From Bacteroidales bacterium (GTDB lineage: Bacteria > Bacteroidota > Bacteroidia > Bacteroidales > PWNQ01), in assembly GCA_021738505.1 (NCBI GenBank), contig JAIPBW010000004.1:8000-71999 (forward strand): a stretch of 64,000 nucleotides of DNA, read 5' to 3'. A program made the position numbers and the translations under genes. Shown here piece by piece: positions 29,953 to 39,228 of the stretch. Every line of letters begins with the position of its first letter. Positions within the stretch are counted from its first letter, which is position 1. Under the pieces are notes generated by a model. That model had not been told where the DNA came from and made no database searches. It saw nothing but the letters and a program-made list of their open reading frames with translations.

Positions 29953-30091
29953 TCTGCTCTCTCGCCATTCCGCTAGTGAATGGGATTTTAAAATTGCTAA
30001 ACGTCGAATCTTCGTACTGCCTCACTTTCGTATTTCCGGTAGCTGGCGGAAGGTACTATTGGGAAATCTTCTCATGCTATAAAATAAAATG

Positions 30092-30174
30092 TGGGGGAAG
30101 GAGGATTCGAACCTCCGAAGGCATCAGCCAACAGATTTACAGTCTGCCCCAGTTGACCGCTTTGGTATTCCCCC
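30092..30174 (-). tRNA. tRNA-Tyr (anticodon GTA), class II with long variable arm; CCA not encoded
   Basis: The reverse complement reads GGGGGAATACCAAAGCGGTCAACTGGGGCAGACTGTAAATCTGTTGGCTGATGCCTTCGGAGGTTCGAATCCTCCTTCCCCCA. It has a 7-bp acceptor stem (GGGGGAA/TTCCCCC), anticodon loop CTGTAAA, and a T-arm GGAGGTTCGAATCCTCC. Confidence 0.9.
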
Positions 30175-30192
30175 GGGTTTGAAAAGCAAGTG

Positions 30193-30223
30193 CAAAAATA
30201 ACAGCATTTGTGGTTTTGACAAA
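30193..30223 (-). promoter_or_regulatory. promoter for tRNA-Tyr (-33 TTTG, -7 TATTTTTG)
   Basis: The minus strand reads GTTTGTCAAAACCACAAATGCTGTTATTTTTGCAC. TTTG and TATTTTTG are 19 nt apart, and the -7 box ends 18 nt before the tRNA 5' end. Confidence 0.6.
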
Positions 30224-30503
30224 CCTTAACGATGGGTTTTCTTAAAATTTTTCTCTTCATTGATCTTACCAAAAAGATTACTTTTTGATTTTTAGCGGGT
30301 ATATGTTTTAGGTCTGAGAAGTTCAAATAGGCATTTATTTTCATGATTTTTTTGGATTTAGTAAATATTTATGCTAATTTTGATTGGTAACTAATATTAT
30401 TGCTTGATAAAGTTTGCATTTAATGATGTCAGGATAAGATATCAAAGTACAATATTGAACCTAAAATATTAGCAAAGTATCATAAACCCAAAAATTACTA
30501 CAG

Positions 30504-31187
30504 ATGAAAGCACTACGATTTTTTAAACACTTAAGTCCGGTTTTATTGTATGCCTTTGCCGGCATTTTCATGATGATTTCTTGCAAACAAAGTAGTCCGG
30601 AACAGGATGCCCTTGTGGCCGTTGAAGCATCAAAGATGAATGTTCTTTATAAGGATGTTCAAAACCCGCTCAGAGTTGTAGCCTCCGGAATTTTGCCTTC
30701 TAAAATTGATGTATCCGTTGATAATGGTACAATTGAAGGAGATGCTGGTAATTACGTTGTCACACCCGAAAACACAGGAAAAGCAGTTATATCTGTCCAA
30801 CAGAATGGCAAAATGCTTAATGAACATACTTTTAGAGTAGAATCCATGCGTGATCCACAGGTTATATTAAAAGGAAGCCTTGAAAAAGCGAATACAAAAT
30901 TAAATCGGGCAGAACTTATTAACGCAGGCGGCATTGAAGTATACTGGCCTGATACTGACTTTGACACAAGGGGAGAAGTTGAGTCGTTTACCGTGGAGAT
31001 AAAAACGGAAAAGGAAACGTGGAAAAGCCATTCCGAATCAGCAAAATTTACGAAGGAACAACTATCCAAAATAGAATCCATAAAGGGAGAAGCAACGCTT
31101 TTAATTAAAAATATCATCATCTCACACACTGACGGTGAAAGACGTTTGAAACGACCGGTTTCGGGGGTATATTTTGAAATTGTATAA
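30504..31187 (+). CDS. lipoprotein resembling the C-terminal domains of GldM
   Basis: 227 aa with lipobox MMISC. ASKMNVLYKDVQNPLRVVASGI...VDNGTIEG...GNYVVTPENTGKAVISV resembles the GldM_C repeat, and a second similar module follows. Confidence 0.45.
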   Translation: MKALRFFKHLSPVLLYAFAGIFMMISCKQSSPEQDALVAVEASKMNVLYKDVQNPLRVVASGILPSKIDVSVDNGTIEGDAGNYVVTPENTGKAVISVQQNGKMLNEHTFRVESMRDPQVILKGSLEKANTKLNRAELINAGGIEVYWPDTDFDTRGEVESFTVEIKTEKETWKSHSESAKFTKEQLSKIESIKGEATLLIKNIIISHTDGERRLKRPVSGVYFEIV

Positions 31188-31296
31188 GAGTATCAATGAT
31201 GTTCCTTTTAGTTGAAATTATCTCAAAAATGAACTTGACCGGAAACTTTCAATCCTGATTACAACGAAATAAATAGTTAATCAAAAACCAATAATC

Positions 31297-31779
31297 ATGC
31301 GAAAAATTATTAGTCTGATTTTAATGTTGATGTTCTTTTATTTAGTGGGTTATGGACAAGAAGCCATGACAATTAAAGAAGGTCGAGAAAAAGGTTATTC
31401 AGTGAGTGCCCTGGATAAAAAATATGTAGATGCTGTAAACGTTAATCCGGATTCAGCTTTGTTTAATGATAATAGTGGAGAGTTTATACAAAGCTGGCAG
31501 ACAATGTTACAGGACCTGGGTTCTTATTTACAGGATCATGATTTTGTTTGGAAAAAACAAACCCGTTGTTTCAACAAAGTTTATTTTGATAAAGACGGAA
31601 ATATAGATTATTTCCTGTACAACCTCAATCCACAATTAGATGAAACGCAGGCGGAAAAATTCAGGATGTTACTTCAGGATTTTATTGAGAACTATCAACT
31701 ACCGGTACAGGGTGAAAAAAAATTTACACAGTGCGGCCCCTCAATGTATATGCCAACAAATAAAAAATCCGGTGATTAA
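31297..31779 (+). CDS. hypothetical secreted protein
   Basis: 160 aa with a signal peptide (LMLMFFYLVGYGQ). No family recognised. Confidence 0.4.
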   Translation: MRKIISLILMLMFFYLVGYGQEAMTIKEGREKGYSVSALDKKYVDAVNVNPDSALFNDNSGEFIQSWQTMLQDLGSYLQDHDFVWKKQTRCFNKVYFDKDGNIDYFLYNLNPQLDETQAEKFRMLLQDFIENYQLPVQGEKKFTQCGPSMYMPTNKKSGD

Positions 31780-31928
31780 AGATGCTGATTCGGGCGTTTG
31801 TACCATTGTCCGGGAAAAATTAGTTGCTGTACGGGATTAATGGAGATATGGAATTCTTTTAACTCGTTGATCATGTAAATTATGCATTTGGACGTTCCCG
31901 GGAATAATTGGAATTAGCCAAAATCTAC

Positions 31929-32717
31929 TTATTGTATTGGCTCAAATCGTTTTTTTGCATCTGCCAGAGAAGTGGCGTTAAAATGCCACCATTCGGTTTT
32001 GGCGACAGAAAACCCGGACTGGTGCATAATGCCAATCAACAGTTTGCGATTATTTGCCTGTAATTGATTTAGTTTGCCTTCTTGAAGGAATTTTTCCGTA
32101 AACCGCGGAAAAGCAAGTTTTCCGAAATAATCGAATTTGGTTCCCATATCCAGGGGATTACCATTGGAGTCGGCAATTGTAAGGTCTACGGCCATCCCAT
32201 AGTTATGAATAGAGCCGCGACCCGGTGGAGCTACATACCAGAATTTTTTCTCATGTGATACATCAAGGGAATCCCACATGATCTGCTGTACCGACACCGG
32301 TCGTAGTGCATCATAGATAATGAAAGTGTGGCCGGGTTTATGCTTTTGTAATAACTTCCATGCATGTTTTAGTTTGGTGATGCATTCAGGTTGAAGGTAA
32401 GCGTTTGTAAGATCACCGTAAACATCCTTGCTTAGAAAATTATCTACTGTGCTGTATTTTAGCTCTATAATCACTTGTGGCAAATGATCATGTACGTTTT
32501 CCAATCCTTTGTCCATAATGCATTGTTCTATTTCCGGTATCATAGGTTCGATGGTATCTTGAATGGTTGTGTCAGGAATGTTAATGCTGTTAGTCGTTGA
32601 CTTTTCTTTATGTATAGATTCCGATGACTCCTGCTTGGTTTCCGGAGCCGGCTGATGACAGGCATACAGAAACAGCATAAACATAAAAACCGATGTTTTC
32701 ATTATATTTGATCGCAT
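31929..32717 (-). CDS. M15-family D-alanyl-D-alanine dipeptidase (VanX-like), lipoprotein
   Basis: 262 aa with lipobox FLYAC and zinc-ligand context GSIHNYGMAVDLT and EWWHF, as in VanX/M15D peptidases. Confidence 0.75.
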   Translation of the reverse strand: MRSNIMKTSVFMFMLFLYACHQPAPETKQESSESIHKEKSTTNSINIPDTTIQDTIEPMIPEIEQCIMDKGLENVHDHLPQVIIELKYSTVDNFLSKDVYGDLTNAYLQPECITKLKHAWKLLQKHKPGHTFIIYDALRPVSVQQIMWDSLDVSHEKKFWYVAPPGRGSIHNYGMAVDLTIADSNGNPLDMGTKFDYFGKLAFPRFTEKFLQEGKLNQLQANNRKLLIGIMHQSGFSVAKTEWWHFNATSLADAKKRFEPIQ

Positions 32718-33026
32718 GATGACAAACCTATGAAATTCTATAGTAGGATCAAAATGAATTGATTTTATAAGCTTTTTGATTTTTTGGATAAGTGATGCTA
32801 TTAAACTCGTTGATTATCCATGTCGTTTTAAATGATGTTATCATGAAATGGCATAATTTTCTGGTTTCGGGTCTAATATCAGATTCCTGAAATCGATGAT
32901 AACGCTGTTAAAAAATCGTTATTATGTAATATTTTTTTTGGAAAAAGAAATTTCTTTATTTATATTTGATGCTCTTCTATAGAATAAATAACAGTCAGTG
33001 TAAATTATATAAGCCCAAATCGGAGG

Positions 33027-33944
33027 ATGAACAAACATATTTTTACCGACCGTATAATCCAGTTATTAGCATCGCTGTTTATCGGAAAAAACCGTTTTTT
33101 TGCTAACAGTATTGAAAGTCCGGCCATCAAGGATATTTTGAATAGAGTTAAGCTAGAGAAAACGCCCATTGAGGCTGGGAGACATGAGGTTCAGGCCTCT
33201 ACTCCCCAGGGTTTTATCGATCCGGCCTATTATGTCTTCCAGATGAAAGGGAAAAATTTTCCTACTATCATCTACCACCATGGAAACAATGAACGGCCGT
33301 TTGATTTTGGGAAATTTTCCAAGAACAGCTTTAAAGATATTTTTTATAAAAAAGCAAAAGAGCTAAATGCTAATATTATTATTGTCAGAGCTCCCTTTCA
33401 CAACTCAACATTAAAAGAATATCAAGCGAAAATCAGCCGAATGGCAAATTTTACTGCTATGCTGTCTACTTCAGTAGTTTTGATTGAATCGTTGATCCAT
33501 CAACTGGAAACGGATGGCTTTTCAGAACCTGTAGCAGTTTCAGGTATCAGTCTGGGAGGTTGGGCAACAAATTTGCACCGGGCTTATTATAATACTGCCG
33601 GAATCTATATCCCTATGCTTGCCGGGGCAGCGTTAGGCGATTTGTTTCTTACATCTACTTATCGAAAGATGGCGGCTAAAATAACACATGAAAATCCATC
33701 AAAAATCCGGAGTATCTTAAACTTTGAAGATGATTTTGATAAAGCTAAAGGAAAAAATGTGTTTCCTTTACTTGGGAAATATGATCAATATATTCAGTAT
33801 GATGTTCAGAAAGGATGCTATGGAAACTCAAATAGAATAAATGTTTTAGAAAGAGGTCATGTTACAAGCCTCACAGATAGCAGCAAGCTTTTAGAACATA
33901 TTTTAAACACAATGAATCTTAGCCAGAATAACTATGAGTTTTAA
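33027..33944 (+). CDS. alpha/beta hydrolase fold protein
   Basis: 305 aa with nucleophile elbow GISLGGW and an upstream HHGN oxyanion-type motif. Specific family unknown. It overlaps the next gene by 11 nt. Confidence 0.5.
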   Translation: MNKHIFTDRIIQLLASLFIGKNRFFANSIESPAIKDILNRVKLEKTPIEAGRHEVQASTPQGFIDPAYYVFQMKGKNFPTIIYHHGNNERPFDFGKFSKNSFKDIFYKKAKELNANIIIVRAPFHNSTLKEYQAKISRMANFTAMLSTSVVLIESLIHQLETDGFSEPVAVSGISLGGWATNLHRAYYNTAGIYIPMLAGAALGDLFLTSTYRKMAAKITHENPSKIRSILNFEDDFDKAKGKNVFPLLGKYDQYIQYDVQKGCYGNSNRINVLERGHVTSLTDSSKLLEHILNTMNLSQNNYEF

Positions 33945-34965
33945 AAAAGTCATTATAAGCCGTTTCGGTGGTCCTGAAGTTTTGCAGTTGCAGAACATAA
34001 AAAAGCTCCCTGAACCCGGACCCGGAGAAGTAAGGATAAAAGTGCTACATACAACAGCAAATTTTACGGATACTATGATTCGTAGGGGGATCTTTCCTGA
34101 AGTAAAGAAAAAACCGCCTTTTGCTCCGGGATATGACATGGTAGGGGTCGTTGATAAAAACGGGCCAAAGGCTACTAAATTTATGGAAGGCAAGTTAGTG
34201 GCTGATTTAACCGTAACAGGAGCATATTCTGAATATCTGTGCATTCCTGAGTATGAACTAACAGAAGTGCCGGAATCTCTTGATCCGGCTGAAACCGCAG
34301 CATTGATCTTATCTTACACTACAGCCTATCAGATGTTGCATCGTTATGCGAAAGTAAAAAAAGGTCAGCGCATTTTGGTTCACGGTGCTGCTGGCGCTGT
34401 TGGTTTGGCATTATTGCAGCTTGGTAAACAATATGATCTGGAGATTTTTGGAACAGCATCTTCTGAAAAGCATCAACTTGTGCGGGATGCCGGTGCTACT
34501 CCCATTGACTATCGCACAAATGACTTTTATTCTATGCTAAAGGAAAATCCCGGAAAAAAGTTTGATGCTGCCTTTGATGCCATAGGGGGAACCAATTTCA
34601 AAAAGTCTTTTAAGTTGTTAAAACGTGGTGGCATCTTAATAGCATATGGTTTTTATAATGCCGTAACCGGAAAAGGAGGGAGCATTCCTGCTGATTTTGT
34701 GCAGCTTGTGAGCCTTAATCTTTTGCCTAATGGCAGAAAGGCAAAGTTTTTTTCTATAGGAGCTTCGCGTAAAAAACATCCGGAATGGTTTAAGGAAGAC
34801 CTTCACACTTTGTTTCAACTATTAGAGGATGGTAAAATAAAACCGGTCATTTATGAAAAGTATCCTCTGGAGAAGGTAGTGGATGTTCATAAAATGATTG
34901 AGGCCTCAAACCATACAGGAAAAATCGTGTTGAACGTTTCCGGTATAACTTCCTCCATTAAGTAA
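33934..34965 (+). CDS. medium-chain dehydrogenase/reductase (quinone oxidoreductase-like)
   Basis: 343 aa with a GroES-like N-terminus and a Rossmann motif VHGAAGAVG. Confidence 0.8.
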   Translation: MSFKKVIISRFGGPEVLQLQNIKKLPEPGPGEVRIKVLHTTANFTDTMIRRGIFPEVKKKPPFAPGYDMVGVVDKNGPKATKFMEGKLVADLTVTGAYSEYLCIPEYELTEVPESLDPAETAALILSYTTAYQMLHRYAKVKKGQRILVHGAAGAVGLALLQLGKQYDLEIFGTASSEKHQLVRDAGATPIDYRTNDFYSMLKENPGKKFDAAFDAIGGTNFKKSFKLLKRGGILIAYGFYNAVTGKGGSIPADFVQLVSLNLLPNGRKAKFFSIGASRKKHPEWFKEDLHTLFQLLEDGKIKPVIYEKYPLEKVVDVHKMIEASNHTGKIVLNVSGITSSIK

Positions 34966-35029
34966 ATAGGTTGCAATTTTATTTTTCTACGATCGTTGAA
35001 AATTCGGAAAAACCCAAAACGAAGGAATA

Positions 35030-37399
35030 TTGTTACGCAAAATATTAAAAGATAGCAAGTTATTGCTGTTGAGCTGCTTTTTAGTTATAACAATAACCAT
35101 TCAGGCTCAAAAACCAACTCAGACCATTCGTGGGACGGTAGAAGATGCAAAAACCCATGAAACCCTGCCAGGAGCCAATATTGTGCTTGTTGACGAAAAC
35201 ATTGGCACTACAACGGATAACCAGGGAAATTTTAAGTTGGAAAACGTAGAAGTAGGACGGTACCGGTTGAAAGTTAGCTATATAGGATATGAGCCGGTCA
35301 TCTTGCCTGAGTTATTGGTTAGTTCAGGCAAGGAAAAAGTTTTAGAAATTGAAATGACACCATCCCATTCCGACCTTGAGGAAATCGTAGTCGAGGCTGA
35401 TATTCGTAAAGATCGTCCACAAAACAGCATGGCAAAAGTGAGTGCACGCACATTTTCAGTAGAAGAAGCAGGTCGCTTTGCCGGTGCTATTGATGATCCG
35501 GGGCGGATGGCCGGCAATTTTGCGGGTGTTACAACTTCTGGTGTAAACACAAATGCTATAGTCATCAGGGGAAATGCTCCCAAAGGGCTTTCATGGCGTC
35601 TTGAAGGTGTAGACATTCCGGTTCCCAGCCATTTTTCCGGAGCTACTGTTGCAGGAGGCGGAGGGCTAACCATGTTTAGTAGTCAGATGTTAGCCAATTC
35701 GGATTTTTATACAGGCGCTTTCCCGGCAGAATTCGGCAATGCAACTGCTGGTGTTTTTGATATGAAATTGCGTAACGGCAATAATCAGGAACATGAATAT
35801 GCTTTCCAAATCGGCGTGCAAGGAATAGAAGCTGCTGCAGAAGGACCTTTTAGTGAAAAAGGTTCGGGTTCTTATCTTGTAAATTACCGGTATTCGACAA
35901 TGGCTCTTGTTTTTCCTATGCTCCCTGAGGTTAGTTATGCCAACGAAATACCCATATATCAGGATTTGTCGTTTAAAATAAACCTGCCGGCAGGTAAAGC
36001 AGGAAAATTTTCTATATGGGGTATTGGTGGATTGAGTCATTCCTCAATGGAAGGCTATGATGAACCAGATAAATGGAAGTATCCTGAAAATCGCGAAGTA
36101 ATGGATTTTCATTATAATATGGGCGTCAGCGGTATTAGTCATACAAAGAAACTGTCAGATAAAACCTATATTCGTTCTACACTGGCTATGAGTGCATATG
36201 AGCAAACTTATGAAGAAAAATCAAGATTGAGTGATTTGAATCCGGAAAAACTTTTTCGGCTGCATAATACAGATATGACATCTGGAACAGCTAATCTGAC
36301 CTCGAAATTAACCATTACTCCAAATTCTAAATTTACATTAATAACTGGTGTTAATATTAGTGACAAAATGTATACATTGGACGGAAATGCACGGGATTAT
36401 TCTACAGGCGATTACGAGCAGATTCTCAATGGGAGAGGCAATAGCTGGTTATTTGAGGGGTATGTACAAGGGAAGTATTCTGTTAGTTCTGAAATTGATT
36501 TAACCGCAGGCATAAATGCATCATGGTTTGAGATAAATCATGAGAATACAATTGAGCCACGTGTTTCAGCAAGCTGGCAATTTCATCCCGATCATCAGTT
36601 GTCTTTGGGTTATGGTAACCATAGCCAAACAGAGCCATTATTTGTGTATTACGTCAGCAATGAGAATAATCCCAATGCATATCCTAATAAAAACCTTAAA
36701 CGAATGCGTGCCAATCATTATGTTTTAGCCTACGATTGGTCGATTACAAAGAACTTACGTCTAAAAATAGAACCCTATTATCAAAGACTGTACAATGTCC
36801 CGGTGGTTGATGGTACGCCTTATTCTATGCTTAATTTTCGTAGCGACTGGACATTTGATAAGGATTTAGTTAACAAAGGGACAGGCAGAAACAAAGGAAT
36901 TGATGTAACGTTGGAGCGGTTTCTTAAAAATGGCTATTATTTTATGACGACTGCTTCTGTTTACGATTCCCAATATACAGGTGGGGATGGAGTACAGCGT
37001 CGCACCAGGTATGACGGAGGGTATGTGGCCAATATTTTGGGCGGAAAAGAATGGATGGTAAATGATAAAAACTTACTAAGCGTTAACTTCAAATTTACTT
37101 TTATGGGTCCCTATTGGTACCATCCTGTGGATGAAACCGCGTCTCATAATATCCAACAAATTGTGTATGCAGATTATAAACCGTTTATATACCGGCATTC
37201 AGATTTTGAGAGTATTACAGACCTTACAGTTAATTATCGGATAAATAGTGATAATACATCTTCAATATTTTCAATAAGGATTAAAAATATTTTTGGCAAG
37301 CAATATATGGGGAAGCAATATAATCTGGAAAAACAAAAAATCGAAAATGACATATTTACAAGCCCCATACCATTTGTAAGTTATAAAATTGAGTTTTAA
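35030..37399 (+). CDS. TonB-dependent receptor with N-terminal carboxypeptidase-regulatory-like domain
   Basis: 789 aa starting at TTG (no in-frame ATG nearby). It has a signal peptide, a CarboxypepD_reg segment (IRGTVEDAKTHETLPGANIV...YRLKVSYIGY), a plug region, and a beta-barrel ending in a terminal Phe. Confidence 0.8.
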   Translation: MLRKILKDSKLLLLSCFLVITITIQAQKPTQTIRGTVEDAKTHETLPGANIVLVDENIGTTTDNQGNFKLENVEVGRYRLKVSYIGYEPVILPELLVSSGKEKVLEIEMTPSHSDLEEIVVEADIRKDRPQNSMAKVSARTFSVEEAGRFAGAIDDPGRMAGNFAGVTTSGVNTNAIVIRGNAPKGLSWRLEGVDIPVPSHFSGATVAGGGGLTMFSSQMLANSDFYTGAFPAEFGNATAGVFDMKLRNGNNQEHEYAFQIGVQGIEAAAEGPFSEKGSGSYLVNYRYSTMALVFPMLPEVSYANEIPIYQDLSFKINLPAGKAGKFSIWGIGGLSHSSMEGYDEPDKWKYPENREVMDFHYNMGVSGISHTKKLSDKTYIRSTLAMSAYEQTYEEKSRLSDLNPEKLFRLHNTDMTSGTANLTSKLTITPNSKFTLITGVNISDKMYTLDGNARDYSTGDYEQILNGRGNSWLFEGYVQGKYSVSSEIDLTAGINASWFEINHENTIEPRVSASWQFHPDHQLSLGYGNHSQTEPLFVYYVSNENNPNAYPNKNLKRMRANHYVLAYDWSITKNLRLKIEPYYQRLYNVPVVDGTPYSMLNFRSDWTFDKDLVNKGTGRNKGIDVTLERFLKNGYYFMTTASVYDSQYTGGDGVQRRTRYDGGYVANILGGKEWMVNDKNLLSVNFKFTFMGPYWYHPVDETASHNIQQIVYADYKPFIYRHSDFESITDLTVNYRINSDNTSSIFSIRIKNIFGKQYMGKQYNLEKQKIENDIFTSPIPFVSYKIEF

Positions 37400-37485
37400 T
37401 GATTAGAAATTTCTAATCATTTGCAAAAAGGTGACTAATAATGGCTGTGGAAGGGCATCAATTTTTATAAATGGTAAATTATGAA

Positions 37486-38295
37486 TTACTGTTTGCAGGC
37501 ACTAACCGTAATCGAAAAAATCCCTTTGTCTTCGTTGGTAAAATCTTTACGTTTATTTTCCGGCACGTACTTTTTTAGTATTTTCTCCGGAAGTTCAATT
37601 CGTTTTTGTTTATGTACCTTTATGGTATTAAAACCGGTCTGGCGAATGATTTCCAAATATTCCTCCATTTGTAAAGCGCCGGCTATGCAGTTGGTATACA
37701 TTTCAGCATCTTCACGCAAATTTTCCGGTAAGTCCCCTTTGATCACTACATCGGACACGCAAAAGTGTCCTTTCGGCTTCAATACGCGTTTTATTTCAGC
37801 AAAAGCTCTTGTTTTATCCGGTACAAGATTCAATACGCAATTGGATATAACTACATCAAACTGAGCAGCTTCAAAAGGCATCTTTTCAATATCTCCGGCA
37901 AGAAACCTTACATTTTTTAGCCCCAGTTTTTGACTATTCTGACGAGCCTTTGTAATCATTTCTTCAGAAAAATCGAGCCCCGTTACATGGCCTGCTTCAC
38001 CGACAACAGATCGTACCACAAAACAATCATTACCGGCGCCACAGCCCAGATCGAGCACATGTTGTCCTGTTTGGAGTCCGGCATATTCCGTTGGAACGCC
38101 GCATCCTAATCCCAGGTCGGCATCCGGCTGATAGCCCTGAAGGTTTTGATATTCATTGCCAATCATGTTAATTTCCAGATTGTCCCCACAGCAACTTGAT
38201 GGGCCGCAACAAGGTGATTGAGCCTTTTTTTCGCTTTGCCGGGCAATTTGTGAATATTTCTCTTTTACGAAATTCTTTATGCTTTGTGTACTCAT
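37486..38295 (-). CDS. arsM: arsenite S-adenosylmethionine methyltransferase
   Basis: 269 aa with SAM motif VLDLGCGAGND and the conserved ArsM cysteines in GLGCG, SNCVLNL and YTNCIAGA, plus an N-terminal CCGPSSCCG. It overlaps arsC by 4 nt. Confidence 0.85.
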   Translation of the reverse strand: MSTQSIKNFVKEKYSQIARQSEKKAQSPCCGPSSCCGDNLEINMIGNEYQNLQGYQPDADLGLGCGVPTEYAGLQTGQHVLDLGCGAGNDCFVVRSVVGEAGHVTGLDFSEEMITKARQNSQKLGLKNVRFLAGDIEKMPFEAAQFDVVISNCVLNLVPDKTRAFAEIKRVLKPKGHFCVSDVVIKGDLPENLREDAEMYTNCIAGALQMEEYLEIIRQTGFNTIKVHKQKRIELPEKILKKYVPENKRKDFTNEDKGIFSITVSACKQ

Positions 38296-38717
38296 AATTC
38301 TGGTTTTATTTTATCGATGTATAATTTATAAAAAGTCGTTTCAATTTTATCGCGAACCCGCCGGAATTCACTCCGGATAAACTCTTCAGACCCGGTAGCG
38401 TGAGATGGGTCTTCAAAGCCAATATGCATTCTGTGATTTACTTTTCCTATAAATACAGGACATTTTTCATTGGCATCATCGCAAACTGTAATCACATAAT
38501 CCCATATTTCGTCTAAATATTTATCAACCATAGAAGGGTTGTGCTTGCTGATGTCGATATCCTTTTCTTCCATTACTTCCACAGCTTTTGGGTTTACGGT
38601 ATCAGCGGGCTCCGTACCTGCCGAAGCGACCTGTAGATTGTTGTCGAAAGATTTTAAAAAGCCGTGTGCCATCTGACTGCGGCAACTGTTTCCGGTGCAA
38701 AGAATTAGTATTTTCAT
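38292..38717 (-). CDS. arsC: arsenate reductase, thioredoxin-coupled LMW-PTP type
   Basis: 141 aa with the P-loop LCTGNSCRSQMA and the downstream Cys pair in ITVCDDANEKCP, as in S. aureus/B. subtilis ArsC. Confidence 0.85.
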   Translation of the reverse strand: MKILILCTGNSCRSQMAHGFLKSFDNNLQVASAGTEPADTVNPKAVEVMEEKDIDISKHNPSMVDKYLDEIWDYVITVCDDANEKCPVFIGKVNHRMHIGFEDPSHATGSEEFIRSEFRRVRDKIETTFYKLYIDKIKPEL

Positions 38718-38738
38718 ATCTTGGTTTTTAGTGTATTA

Positions 38739-38768
38739 AGTGGATTAAGTTGACTAAGTTAATCCACT
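38739..38768. repeat. hairpin repeat (GATTAAGTTGA family) between four-helix-bundle gene and arsC
   Basis: AGTGGATTAA (38739-38748) pairs perfectly with TTAATCCACT (38759-38768) across a 10-nt loop. It contains GATTAAGTTGA at 38743-38753. Confidence 0.7.
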
Positions 38769-38771
38769 CAA

Positions 38772-39137
38772 TTACTTACTCTTTTGTTTCTTAAGGTAAA
38801 ATATATATCCATTCATTAATTTTAAACATTGCTCATAGGTATTTCTATAATTACTTAATTGATTTTCTGTGATAAATTCTTCATCTCTGGCACAAATTAA
38901 ATGCTCCAGAGTTTCGGTTAAAGATCCGCGTGCTTGTCTGCAAAACTGTATGTTTTCCTGATAATGATATCTTCCATGTCCTTCGGCAATATTAGCTGTT
39001 ATAGAGCGGCTTGAACGAAGTATCTGGTCTGCGATCCTGTATTTTTCATCGTTTGGAAATGTCTTCACAAGGTTTGATATCTCAATCCTGAAATTCCGGC
39101 ATTCTTTGTAAAGTTCCAAATCTTCAAAATTTCCCAT
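38772..39137 (-). CDS. four-helix-bundle protein (TIGR02436 / 23S rRNA intervening-sequence protein family)
   Basis: 121 aa. FEDLELYKECRNF...QILRSSRSITANIAEGHGRY...ARGSLTETLEHL matches the family hallmark (sQl.RA..SI..NIAEG ... A.GS..E). Confidence 0.85.
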   Translation of the reverse strand: MGNFEDLELYKECRNFRIEISNLVKTFPNDEKYRIADQILRSSRSITANIAEGHGRYHYQENIQFCRQARGSLTETLEHLICARDEEFITENQLSNYRNTYEQCLKLMNGYIFYLKKQKSK

Positions 39138-39149
39138 ATGCTATATTTT

Positions 39150-39228
39150 TTGGTTAAGTTGATTCGGTTGATTTTTGAAATTACTAAAATATATTCAATT
39201 ACTCAATCAACCCAATCAACTTAATCAA
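39150..39228. repeat. long hairpin repeat (GATTAAGTTGA family) filling the arsR / four-helix-bundle spacer
   Basis: TTGGTTAAGTTGATTCGGTTGATT (39150-39173) is complementary to AATCAACCCAATCAACTTAATCAA (39205-39228) at 22 of 24 positions, with a 31-nt loop. The right arm abuts the arsR stop codon (39229-39231). Confidence 0.75.

Noticed and set aside
29976-30344. ORFs 29976..30182 (+) and 30072..30344 (-)
   Set aside because: Both overlap the tRNA-Tyr gene and its promoter, and neither has protein-like features.
32811-32821. TTATCCATG, a DnaA-box-like word in the M15 peptidase / hydrolase spacer
   Set aside because: It is a single copy with two mismatches to TTATCCACA, has no clustering, and lies far from dnaA.
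37481-37864. 127-aa plus-strand ORF
   Set aside because: It is entirely antisense to arsM, which has strong motif support, and its composition looks like a shadow ORF.
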